The notes under the pieces are model-generated. The model did no database searches, was not told the DNA's origin, and was given only the letters and a program-made list of their open reading frames with translations. Both the position numbers and the translations under genes were made by a program. A DNA stretch of 27,735 nt from Cytophagales bacterium. GTDB taxonomy: Bacteria > Bacteroidota > Bacteroidia > Cytophagales > Cyclobacteriaceae. This document shows, piece after piece, positions 8,092 through 16,897 of this stretch (within the stretch, counting starts at the first letter, position 1; every line of letters begins with the position of its first letter). The stretch covers positions 1-27,735 of the forward strand of contig JAHEMU010000001.1 in NCBI GenBank assembly GCA_024643485.1, read 5' to 3'.

Positions 8092-10056
8092 ATGAAAAAT
8101 TATTTTCGATACATTACTCTGATGTTTGCGGTACTTTTTACCGTAGCGATGAGTTCGTGCAATACCGGCCCCAAAAATGATAAAGGTGCTTTAGGTGGAA
8201 ATATTGCTGAAAGATCCTTTGTAGCCCCTGGTGAATTGGATGAATTTTATGCATTTGTTTCAGGTGGATTTAGCGGTCAGCTGGCCATCCATGGTTTGCC
8301 TTCTGGGCGTTTGTTTAAAGTAATTCCGGTATTTTCAGTAGACGCTGAGAAAGCATACGGATTTAACGAAGAAACTAAACCTATGTTGAACACTTCTTAC
8401 GGTCCTGTGCCTTGGGATGATGCTCACCACCCTGATTTATCACAAACCAATGGTGAAGTGGATGGAAGATGGTGTTTTATCAACGCTAACAATACACCGC
8501 GTATTGCTAGGATAAGCCTATCTACTTTTGAAACAGAAGAAATCATTGAAATCCCTAACAGTGCAGGGAATCACTCCTCTTCTTTCGTAACTGAAAATAC
8601 CGAATACATTGTTGCAGGTACTAGATTTAGCGTTCCTGTTCCTCAACGCGATATGTCGATTGATGAATACAAAGGAAATTTCAAAGGTGCTGTTTCTTTT
8701 ATTAAAGTGGACAGTGAAACGGGTCATATGAACATTAATTTCCAAATAATGCTACCTGGATTTAACTATGATTTGGCTCACCCTGGTCGTGGCGCTTCTC
8801 ATGGTTGGATGTTCTTTTCAACATATAATACCGAAGAAGCGAATACTTTATTGGAAGTGAATGCTTCACAAAATGACAAAGATTATATTGCTGCCATCAA
8901 CTGGAAAAAGGCGGAAGAATATATTGCTGCTGGTAAATTCACTGAAATGCCTGCCAACTACGCACACAATGTGTACGATGAGAGCACTCAAATGGCTACT
9001 ACCACAATGATGAAAACCGTTAAAGTGTTGAATCCAGCTGATTTACCAGGATTAGTTTATTTCTTACCTACACCGAAGTCTCCTCACGGTTGTGACGTAG
9101 ATCCTACAGGTGAATATATTATTGGGTCAGGTAAATTATCTGCATCAATTACTGCGCATTCATTTACCAAAATGTTAGCTGCTATTGAAGGACAAAAATT
9201 TGATGGTGATGCATACGGCATTCCAATTTTAAGTTATGAAGATGTTGTTGCAGGTATAGTTGAACAAGCTGGTTTAGGACCATTACACACTGAATTTGAT
9301 GGTAAAGGAAATGCATATACCACTTTCTTTATTTCTTCAGAAGTTGTTAAATGGAAAGTTGGAACTTGGGAAGTACTTGATAGAGCTCCTACCTATTATT
9401 CTGTTGGTCACTTGATGATTCCAGGTGGTAATTCAAGAAAACCTTTTGGTAAATATTTATTAGCTATGAATAAAATCACCAAAGACAGATACATACCAAC
9501 AGGACCAGAATTAGCACAATCTGCTCAGTTATATGATATTTCAGGCGATAAAATGGAATTGTTATTGGATTTCCCTACAGTTGGTGAACCTCATTATGCT
9601 GCAGGAGCTCCTGCTTCATTGATTATTCCTAACCATAAAAAATTCTACAAACTGGAGGAAAACAATCACCCATTCGCAGTTAAATCTGAGAAAGATGCAA
9701 GAGTTGAACGCGATGGTAAAAACGTACATATATATATGACTACCATTCGAAGCCACTTTGCTCCGGATAATATCGAGGGAGTTAAAGTAGGGGATAGAGT
9801 TTATTTCCACGTTACTAATCTTGAGCAAGATTTTGATGTTCCTCATGGAATAGCAATGATTGGTGCGAATACTTCAGAATTGTTAATCATGCCTGGCCAA
9901 ACAGAAACTTTTGTTTGGGAACCTAAAATGCCAGGTGTATGGCCATTCTACTGTACTGACTTCTGTTCTGCACTTCATCAAGAAATGCAAGGATACGTTC
10001 GTGTATCAGCCGCAGATTCAGATATACAGATGAAATGGACCTTAGATGGTGAGTAA
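8092..10056 (+). CDS. nosZ: Sec-dependent (clade II) nitrous-oxide reductase
   Basis: Seven CuZ His (DAHHP, GNHSS, SPHG, LHTEF, VGHL, EPHY) and CuA ligands (DVPHG..CTDFCSALHQEM). No twin-Arg signal; lipobox AMSSC. Confidence 0.98.
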   Translation: MKNYFRYITLMFAVLFTVAMSSCNTGPKNDKGALGGNIAERSFVAPGELDEFYAFVSGGFSGQLAIHGLPSGRLFKVIPVFSVDAEKAYGFNEETKPMLNTSYGPVPWDDAHHPDLSQTNGEVDGRWCFINANNTPRIARISLSTFETEEIIEIPNSAGNHSSSFVTENTEYIVAGTRFSVPVPQRDMSIDEYKGNFKGAVSFIKVDSETGHMNINFQIMLPGFNYDLAHPGRGASHGWMFFSTYNTEEANTLLEVNASQNDKDYIAAINWKKAEEYIAAGKFTEMPANYAHNVYDESTQMATTTMMKTVKVLNPADLPGLVYFLPTPKSPHGCDVDPTGEYIIGSGKLSASITAHSFTKMLAAIEGQKFDGDAYGIPILSYEDVVAGIVEQAGLGPLHTEFDGKGNAYTTFFISSEVVKWKVGTWEVLDRAPTYYSVGHLMIPGGNSRKPFGKYLLAMNKITKDRYIPTGPELAQSAQLYDISGDKMELLLDFPTVGEPHYAAGAPASLIIPNHKKFYKLEENNHPFAVKSEKDARVERDGKNVHIYMTTIRSHFAPDNIEGVKVGDRVYFHVTNLEQDFDVPHGIAMIGANTSELLIMPGQTETFVWEPKMPGVWPFYCTDFCSALHQEMQGYVRVSAADSDIQMKWTLDGE

Positions 10057-10073
10057 ATCGTGGCTTGTTGCCG

Positions 10074-10107
10074 GGGATGGGAGCTTTCGGGTGACCATCC
10101 CTTTTTT
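10074..10107 (+). terminator. Intra-operon stem-loop / terminator after nosZ
   Basis: GGGATGG (10074-10080) pairs with CCATCCC (10095-10101), enclosing a TTCG-capped inner hairpin, followed by T6 (10102-10107). Confidence 0.75.
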
Positions 10108-10147
10108 ACAAGCCGATTTATTCTAAATTTCAATAAAACAACAAGTC

Positions 10148-11158
10148 ATGAAAAAGTCAAAATGGATAATGCTGGTAGCCGCGATTTTACCACTGTCATT
10201 ATTCTTATTACCACTTTGGGGAATTACTCTCGAGGCTCCCCAGTATCCACAATCCATTGGTATGGAAATCTGGATAACTCATATTGAGGGAATGAACGAA
10301 AATGATCTTCAGAACATTAACCTGATGAATCATTATGTGGGGATGAAAGAGATCCCTGAACATATGCCAGAGTTTGATCTGTTTCCTTATGTAGTAATAG
10401 GTTTATCTCTATTGGGTATTGTTATAGGATTAACAGGAAAACGAAATTGGTATTTAGTGTGGTTTGGAATTGCCATTATTCTTGGAATTGCCGGGATGTA
10501 CGATTTCTATCAATGGGAATATGTATACGGCCATGATCTTAATCCGCATGCTGCAATAAAAATTCCAGGCCAAGGGTATCAACCGCCTTTAATAGGTCGA
10601 AAATTAATCTTGAATTTTACGGCAGTAAGTATGCCATTGGCAGGTGCCTATTTGTTATTTTTAAGTATGGTGTTATCAGTGGTTGCCTTTTTAATAGATA
10701 AAAAAAGCAATAAGGGCATAGTGAATGTTATTTTGATTTTGATTATTCCTATTGCCATGAGTTGCAAACCTTCCATTCAAGAAATTGCATATGGAAGTGA
10801 CGCGTGTAATTTTTGTTCGATGAATATTGTGGACAAACAACATGCCTCCCAATTAGTAACTAATAAAGGAAAAAACTATAAATTTGATGCTATTGAATGT
10901 ATGATTCATTATTTAGAAAAAAACAATGAATCAGAAATGGCTTATGTACTGGTTTCGGATTTTGCCGATCCTGGTCAATTTTTAGCTGCGAAGGAGGCGG
11001 TTTTTGTTATCGATCCTTCTTCTCCTAGTCCGATGGGAGCATCATTATCTGCTTTTAGTGCAGGTGATTTTGTGAAATCAGAGGATACTCAGGTGAAAAC
11101 ATTTGAGTGGAGTGAAGTTAAAGAAGTAGTCAAAGAAATTAGCGTGAATAATTTATAG
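10148..11158 (+). CDS. nosL: NosB-like membrane domain fused to a NosL copper chaperone domain
   Basis: N-half has four TMs with LEAPQYP.....INLMNHYVGM and YQPPLIG.K.ILNF (clade II NosB-type). C-half has DACNFCSM.IVD, YKFDAIECM and SPMG (NosL). Confidence 0.88.
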   Translation: MKKSKWIMLVAAILPLSLFLLPLWGITLEAPQYPQSIGMEIWITHIEGMNENDLQNINLMNHYVGMKEIPEHMPEFDLFPYVVIGLSLLGIVIGLTGKRNWYLVWFGIAIILGIAGMYDFYQWEYVYGHDLNPHAAIKIPGQGYQPPLIGRKLILNFTAVSMPLAGAYLLFLSMVLSVVAFLIDKKSNKGIVNVILILIIPIAMSCKPSIQEIAYGSDACNFCSMNIVDKQHASQLVTNKGKNYKFDAIECMIHYLEKNNESEMAYVLVSDFADPGQFLAAKEAVFVIDPSSPSPMGASLSAFSAGDFVKSEDTQVKTFEWSEVKEVVKEISVNNL

Positions 11159-11166
11159 GAAAACCT

Positions 11167-12408
11167 TTGAAACGATATAAAGTACTGTTTTTTGTTTTCC
11201 AGTTATTGGTATGCACGACCGTGCATGCCAATGTACTGGATATTTGTAGCACGTGCGAAAACAAACAAATTGGTAAAGCTATTTCGCTTGCTAATGCGCA
11301 CGATACCCTTTTAGTTCAAAAAGGAGTTTATAAAGAATTTGCCTTATCTATTGATAAGCCTTTAACTCTACTGGGTGTAGGAAACCCCACCATAGATGCA
11401 GAAGGTAAAGGGGAAATTATTTCTGTAACCTCCGATTCCGTGAATATTATTGGGTTCATTATAAAGAATGTAGGGATAAGCCATACTCGGGATTTGTCTG
11501 CAGTTCATTTATATAAGGTAGATTATTTTAATTTGATTGATAATCAATTAGAAAACGTCTTTTTTGGTTTTCTGATTGAGAAATCTCATCACGGATTAAT
11601 TTCTAATAACAAGGTTCAAGGAGAAGGAAAAAAGGAGTTTTTTTCTGGTAATGGAATACATTTGTGGCATTGCTCCGACGTCATTGTCGAAAAAAATCAC
11701 CTTTCAGGTTTACGGGATGGTATTTATTTTGAATTTGTTGATGAAAGCAAGGTGAGGAACAATGTGAGTATCGGAAATATTCGATATGGCTTGCACTTTA
11801 TGTTTTCAAATAATGATACGTACTCCAATAATCGTTTTGAAAACAATGGGGCAGGAGTTGCCGTGATGTTTTCAAAATTTGTCAATATGAATGATAACCT
11901 ATTTATCAAAAATTGGGGACCAGCTTCTTATGGGTTATTATTAAAAGAAATCTACGATTCAGAAATCGTAAATAATCGCTTTCAGGAAAACACCATCGGC
12001 ATCAATATTGACGGATCATCCCGCATACATTATAAAAACAATGATTTTATTCGGAATGGCTGGGCAGTGAAAGTGACCGGAGGGTGTTATACAAATAAAT
12101 TTGAATACAATAATTTCATCTCAAATGCATTTGATGTCTCCTATAACAGTAACTTGAACGATAATTTATTTATCAACAACTATTGGAGCAATTACACCGG
12201 GTATGACATAAATAAGGATTCCTTTGGTGATATTCCATTCAGGCCTGTGAATTTGTTTTCTTATGTGGTAAATCAAACCCCTGAAACCATCATTCTTTTA
12301 AGAAGCCTATTTGTCGACATTCTAAATTTTTCCGAAAAAGTGAGTCCGGCCTTTACCCCGGATAACCTCGTGGATGAAGCCCCTTTAATGAAGAAAATAC
12401 AATGGTAA
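11167..12408 (+). CDS. nosD: Nitrous-oxide reductase maturation protein NosD (beta-helix)
   Basis: TTG start and signal peptide; GNGIHLW, RDGIYFEF, RYGLHFMFS, NYWSNYTGYD..GDIPFRP motifs. Confidence 0.95.
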   Translation: MKRYKVLFFVFQLLVCTTVHANVLDICSTCENKQIGKAISLANAHDTLLVQKGVYKEFALSIDKPLTLLGVGNPTIDAEGKGEIISVTSDSVNIIGFIIKNVGISHTRDLSAVHLYKVDYFNLIDNQLENVFFGFLIEKSHHGLISNNKVQGEGKKEFFSGNGIHLWHCSDVIVEKNHLSGLRDGIYFEFVDESKVRNNVSIGNIRYGLHFMFSNNDTYSNNRFENNGAGVAVMFSKFVNMNDNLFIKNWGPASYGLLLKEIYDSEIVNNRFQENTIGINIDGSSRIHYKNNDFIRNGWAVKVTGGCYTNKFEYNNFISNAFDVSYNSNLNDNLFINNYWSNYTGYDINKDSFGDIPFRPVNLFSYVVNQTPETIILLRSLFVDILNFSEKVSPAFTPDNLVDEAPLMKKIQW

Positions 12409-13109
12409 CATTAAAAAATATAAATAAGTCATTCGGTTCTGTAAATGTACTGCAAAACCTTACCTTGGAAATTACTCCTGGTAAAATTGTAGCAGTATTA
12501 GGTCCAAATGGGTCTGGTAAAACGACCATGATAAAGTCGATTCTAGGAATGGTTTTGCCCGATTCTGGAGAAATTGAGGTGCTTGGACAAAAAGTTAAAA
12601 GTGAAGGAACCTACAGAAATAAGGTAAATTATTTACCTCAAATAGCTCGATTTCCGGATAATTTAAAGGTAAAGGAACTCATTCATATGATTCAGGATAT
12701 CCGAAATGTAAAAGGGAATCCGGAGGAGTTAATTACTCAATTAGGAATAGAAAAATACTTAGATAAACGCTTGGGGAACCTTTCTGGTGGAACTAGACAA
12801 AAAGTAAATCTAGTATTAACTTTTATGTTTGATGGTGAATTGTACGTGTTGGATGAGCCAACAGCAGGATTGGACCCTGTCTCATTAATTCATTTAAAGG
12901 AGATCATTCAAGTAGAAAAGAAAAAAGGTAAAACCTTGCTTATTACGTCTCACATATTGCCGCTTGTAGAGGAGATGGCGGATGAAATCGTTTTCTTGTT
13001 AGAAGGATGTATCCATTTTCATGGAACCATGCAGCAACTTAGAGAAAAGACTGGAGAATCTCAGCTCGAGCGAGCAATTGCCCACTTAATTTTAAATAAT
13101 AATGATTAA
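12402..13109 (+). CDS. nosF: ABC transporter ATP-binding protein NosF
   Basis: Walker A GPNGSGKT, signature LSGG, Walker B VLDEP, H-loop TSH; overlaps the nosD stop. Confidence 0.92.
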   Translation: MVTLKNINKSFGSVNVLQNLTLEITPGKIVAVLGPNGSGKTTMIKSILGMVLPDSGEIEVLGQKVKSEGTYRNKVNYLPQIARFPDNLKVKELIHMIQDIRNVKGNPEELITQLGIEKYLDKRLGNLSGGTRQKVNLVLTFMFDGELYVLDEPTAGLDPVSLIHLKEIIQVEKKKGKTLLITSHILPLVEEMADEIVFLLEGCIHFHGTMQQLREKTGESQLERAIAHLILNNND

Positions 13110-13884
13110 AATATTAAAATATAGCTTTTCTGACTTAATGAGAAGTCGTTGGAGCTATGCCTACTTTCTGTTTTATTTTCTATTAGGTATGGGATTGCTT
13201 TTTTTGAGTAATGATTTATCTAAGGCGATCATCACATTGATGAATATCGTATTGGTTTTAACGCCACTTATAGGAACAGTTTTCGGTGTGATGTATTTCT
13301 ATTCCGCAAGGGAGTTTACGGAGTTATTATTGGCCCAACCAATTAAAAGGAAGCATATATTCTTAGGGCAATATTTAGGAATCTCATCGAGCTTATCGCT
13401 TAGTTTGATCCTTGGCTTAGGTATTCCATTTCTAATATATGGAATTGGAGGTAGTGGGCAGTCAGTTAATTTTCTGTTATTATTAATGGCAGGGGTTTTT
13501 CTGACCTTTATCTTTGTGGCTTTAAGCGTAAACATAACGCTTCGACATGAAAATAAAATTAAGGGATTTGGCTATGCCATCCTCACATGGCTTTTATTGG
13601 CAGTGATTTATGATGGGTTATTCTTAATCGGATTACTCATGTTTAATGAATATCCTTTAGACTCATTTACTCTTTTGGCAAGTGTGTTAAACCCGATTGA
13701 TTTATCAAGAATTTTAATTCTGTTAAAACTGGATATTTCAGCGTTGTTGGGCTATACTGGCGCGATTTTTAGAAATTTTTTCGGAACAGATTATGGAATG
13801 ATTGTTTCTTTAGGGGTATTGTGTATGTGGGTAATTGTTCCGGTAGGATTATTACTAAGAACCGCTAAGAAAAAGGATTTTTAA
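13102..13884 (+). CDS. nosY: ABC transporter permease NosY
   Basis: About six TMs, ELLLAQPIKRK..FLGQY and LNPIDLSR motifs; overlaps the nosF stop. Confidence 0.92.
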   Translation: MIKILKYSFSDLMRSRWSYAYFLFYFLLGMGLLFLSNDLSKAIITLMNIVLVLTPLIGTVFGVMYFYSAREFTELLLAQPIKRKHIFLGQYLGISSSLSLSLILGLGIPFLIYGIGGSGQSVNFLLLLMAGVFLTFIFVALSVNITLRHENKIKGFGYAILTWLLLAVIYDGLFLIGLLMFNEYPLDSFTLLASVLNPIDLSRILILLKLDISALLGYTGAIFRNFFGTDYGMIVSLGVLCMWVIVPVGLLLRTAKKKDF

Positions 13885-14238
13885 TTATTTACGTGACCAG
13901 ATTAGGGTAGGTTTACTTGAATTTGCTTCAAAATCTGGACACGTATTTAGACCAGCTAATCCGCCAAATTCACATATGATGGCACCTTCACAATTGTAAA
14001 CAACTACCATACCGTCATAGCAATTAACACAATCGTTAATCATAAAAACAACATCATTGTGATAAGTTAATTTCCAGATTTTCACACCGGATATAGTGTT
14101 TTTATATCCATTTATTTTTTCTTGTAGCCAATTCTTCGAGTCAGAATTTTCAGTGGATGTTGGACAAAGTTCCGAAACAAAGTCGGGGGTGCAGGAAATG
14201 CCAATTGAGACAAGCAGAATGAAAATAAATGGTTTCAT
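13885..14238 (-). CDS. Cys-rich hypothetical lipoprotein (possibly DUF6970-like)
   Basis: Lipobox GISC at C16, then C25, C70xxC73, C83, C89, C100 (NDCVNCYDG..VYNCEG..ICEFGGLAG.NTCPDF). Confidence 0.7.
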   Translation of the reverse strand: MKPFIFILLVSIGISCTPDFVSELCPTSTENSDSKNWLQEKINGYKNTISGVKIWKLTYHNDVVFMINDCVNCYDGMVVVYNCEGAIICEFGGLAGLNTCPDFEANSSKPTLIWSRK

Positions 14239-14299
14239 AATTATAGGTGTTATAATTAATAGACACGTATTGTTAGATTTTAGTTGTAATAGAGTTTGT

Positions 14300-15187
14300 T
14301 TAAATGCGTTTTTTTCCTCTGTTAATTACATAAACACTGCTTAATACGGTAGCAAATCCTGCTATATGAACAACATTAATTGACTCCCCATCCAGAAGTC
14401 CCCAAATGATGGCTACTACAGGAATTAAATAGGTTACAATACTTGTAAATACTGGGTCGGTGATTTGAACCAAGTGGTTAAATAAGATCAAGGCAATTGA
14501 GGTACCCATAACTCCTAGTAAAGAAATATATCCTAATCCTACCCAAGCGCCAGGGGTCGTTTGAAGTTTCATGATAACGGGTGTAAATCCAACGATATAG
14601 ACTAATGCAATTGGAAGGACAATTAATAAAGAAAGGGAAGTGATTTTTACTGCAGGTAAATCACTCAAATTGAATTTGATTAAATTTACATTAAAACCAT
14701 AGCAGATGGTGGCAACGACAATGAAGAAAGCATAGTAATTAACATCGCCAAATCCGTTTTTTCCATTTAAAATAAGGAAAACACATCCGATAAAACCAAG
14801 AGCTAAACCAGCAATTACTCCTCGATTCGTAGATTGTTTAAAAATGATTACCCCAATTAGTAAAACAAATAACGGTGTTAGCGCATTTAATATTCCAGCC
14901 AATGCACTAGAGATTTGTGTTTGAGCGGTAGCAAATAAGAAAGCTGGGATAAAGCTTCCAACCATTCCCACGCTCAATAACCATTTAAAGTTTTTTTTGT
15001 TAATTCTTTTTATTGCAGGGATAGAAAAAGGAGTTAAGAAAATCGCAGCAGACAATATTCTCAGCGAGCCGACTTCATCAGGTGAAAATACTTCAAGGCC
15101 TCTTTTCATTAATATAAATGAACTACCCCAAATGATACTGAGAATTGCCAAAATTCCCCAAGCATAACGTTGGCTATTTTTATCCAT
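14300..15187 (-). CDS. DMT/EamA-family transporter
   Basis: About ten TMs in two repeats; IWGSSFILMK, LNALTPLF and VTYLIPVVAIIWG motifs. Confidence 0.92.
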   Translation of the reverse strand: MDKNSQRYAWGILAILSIIWGSSFILMKRGLEVFSPDEVGSLRILSAAIFLTPFSIPAIKRINKKNFKWLLSVGMVGSFIPAFLFATAQTQISSALAGILNALTPLFVLLIGVIIFKQSTNRGVIAGLALGFIGCVFLILNGKNGFGDVNYYAFFIVVATICYGFNVNLIKFNLSDLPAVKITSLSLLIVLPIALVYIVGFTPVIMKLQTTPGAWVGLGYISLLGVMGTSIALILFNHLVQITDPVFTSIVTYLIPVVAIIWGLLDGESINVVHIAGFATVLSSVYVINRGKKRI

Positions 15188-15191
15188 TCGA

Positions 15192-15199
15192 CAAATATA
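15192..15199 (-). promoter_or_regulatory. -7 promoter element for the EamA gene
   Basis: CAAATATA on + reads TATATTTG on -, only 4 nt upstream of the ATG (nearly leaderless). Confidence 0.55.
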
Positions 15200-15349
15200 G
15201 ATAAAGGTTAAATGAGAGAGTTACCTGGGGTATTATTTCTTTTTAAAAGGTTTAGAAAACTGAATACCAATGCAAGATTTTAGATGAAATGAAAGAAAAA
15301 GTCGAATTGAAGAAAATTTTGTTATATATTAAATATAAGATTAAATATA

Positions 15350-15385
15350 ATTAAATGAATAATTATTGATCATTATTCATTTAAT
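15350..15385. repeat. Perfect 14-bp inverted repeat with an 8-nt spacer
   Basis: ATTAAATGAATAAT (15350-15363), spacer TATTGATC, ATTATTCATTTAAT (15372-15385). Confidence 0.8.
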
Positions 15386-15468
15386 CTTTAAAAATGTTGC
15401 TTTATCGAGAATATTAAATCATGTGAGGAATTGAATTGTATCGAGGATTTTGGATGTAAAAACTATTG

Positions 15469-15476
15469 TACTTTTG
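15469..15476 (+). promoter_or_regulatory. -7 promoter element for the histidine kinase
   Basis: TACTTTTG matches TAnnTTTG, 27 nt upstream of the ATG. Confidence 0.6.
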
Positions 15477-15503
15477 TGGCGTGTTTAGTCAAGTTGAGAA
15501 GGG

Positions 15504-16838
15504 ATGAGTAAAATAGTAAATTATTTTATAGCAAAGCAAGGAGATTCTATCGATGAAAAGTTGGTGCAAGTTTTTGTGCAAACGATTCCGATTCTTTGTG
15601 TTATTGTAAGCATAATTACATATTTTGTTGAGTTAGAGCCAGATAATCTAAGTTCTACCCTTTTGGGATTTGGCTTGTTTGTTTATCTATTAGGAAGAAT
15701 AAGGAAGAGATTTCCGTTGTGGGTTCAACGATTGACATTCACATTAATTTTATATGCCTTTATGCTCTATATATGGGCGTTCTCTCCTAAAAACCATAAT
15801 GATTTATTTCTTTTCCTGGTCAATTTGATTTCTACATTGATCATTTATAGAAAACATTATATCTCAATTGTAATCAGCAATTTATTATTAGTTTTTGGAT
15901 TAGCTTATTACCAATATTCCAGAGGGTATTTCATGAGTGAGGATGTTGATTATGTATATCGTTCTCTTCAAGTGAATTATTTTGTATTGGTGACAGTGGC
16001 TGTACTTGTGATTTATACATTGGTGGAGAATATTCGAAGTGAACAGCAAAATCAATTAGATTCCAAAAGAGAAATTGAAGAGAAAAATGCGCTGATGGAA
16101 GTTCGAAACGAGGAACTGAAACGGCTAAACGGCACCCAAAGAAGGATGTTAGCGATTATTTCTCATGATGTAAAAAATCCTATAGACAGTTTAACGGGTA
16201 TGGTTGCTTTATTGAAAAAAGGCATGCTTAGTCAGAGTGAGTTGGATAAGATTACAGAACAATTACATCGCCAATTGTCGAATACCTCATTAAATTTGTC
16301 GAATCTTTTGAGTTGGGCTAGGAAGCAATCGGAGCAAATAATTTTACGTAAAGAGCGTTTTTCCATTGAGAGTGCAATTAAAGAAGTAGCAAGCTTCGTT
16401 CAAGAGTTTGCTAAAACAAAAAATATTCAATTAAATATCAATCATAACACCAATAATTTTGCTTACGGAGATGTGTATATTTTACACATTGTTCTTCGTA
16501 ATTTATTATCGAATGCCATTAAATTTACTCCTGTAAAGGGGACAATTGAAATAAATGTTCAATCGGATGATGAATTAATTTCTGTTGAAATCAAGGACAG
16601 TGGAATTGGCATGAATAAGGAAACAGTACAAAAATTATTTGTTGAAGGGCAAACAACTTTAGGTACTGAAGGTGAAAAAGGGAATGGATTTGGATTGTTT
16701 TTAGCGAAAGAATATGCCGTTGCAAATGGAGGTAATATTTGGGCGGAAAGCACTGAAGGGAAAGGCTCTAGTTTTATTTTTACCATACCCGTTTATCAAA
16801 ATGAAAAAGTGAATAGTCCTTTAGTAGAAACTATCTAA
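15504..16838 (+). CDS. Membrane-bound sensor histidine kinase (HisKA + HATPase_c), no receiver domain
   Basis: H box ISHDVKNP, N box RNLLSNAIKF, G1 DSGIGM, G2 GNGFGL; about five to six N-terminal TMs. Confidence 0.93.
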   Translation: MSKIVNYFIAKQGDSIDEKLVQVFVQTIPILCVIVSIITYFVELEPDNLSSTLLGFGLFVYLLGRIRKRFPLWVQRLTFTLILYAFMLYIWAFSPKNHNDLFLFLVNLISTLIIYRKHYISIVISNLLLVFGLAYYQYSRGYFMSEDVDYVYRSLQVNYFVLVTVAVLVIYTLVENIRSEQQNQLDSKREIEEKNALMEVRNEELKRLNGTQRRMLAIISHDVKNPIDSLTGMVALLKKGMLSQSELDKITEQLHRQLSNTSLNLSNLLSWARKQSEQIILRKERFSIESAIKEVASFVQEFAKTKNIQLNINHNTNNFAYGDVYILHIVLRNLLSNAIKFTPVKGTIEINVQSDDELISVEIKDSGIGMNKETVQKLFVEGQTTLGTEGEKGNGFGLFLAKEYAVANGGNIWAESTEGKGSSFIFTIPVYQNEKVNSPLVETI

Positions 16839-16873
16839 TAGGAATAAATATCAAAATCTTGTTTTTCTAAATT

Positions 16874-16897
16874 GGGTGCATAAATGCACCCTTTTTT
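16874..16897 (+). terminator. Rho-independent terminator of the histidine kinase gene
   Basis: GGGTGCA-TAAA-TGCACCC followed by T6. Confidence 0.85.

Noticed and set aside
8092-8170. Tat signal on NosZ
   Set aside because: No RRxFL motif; a lipobox is present instead.
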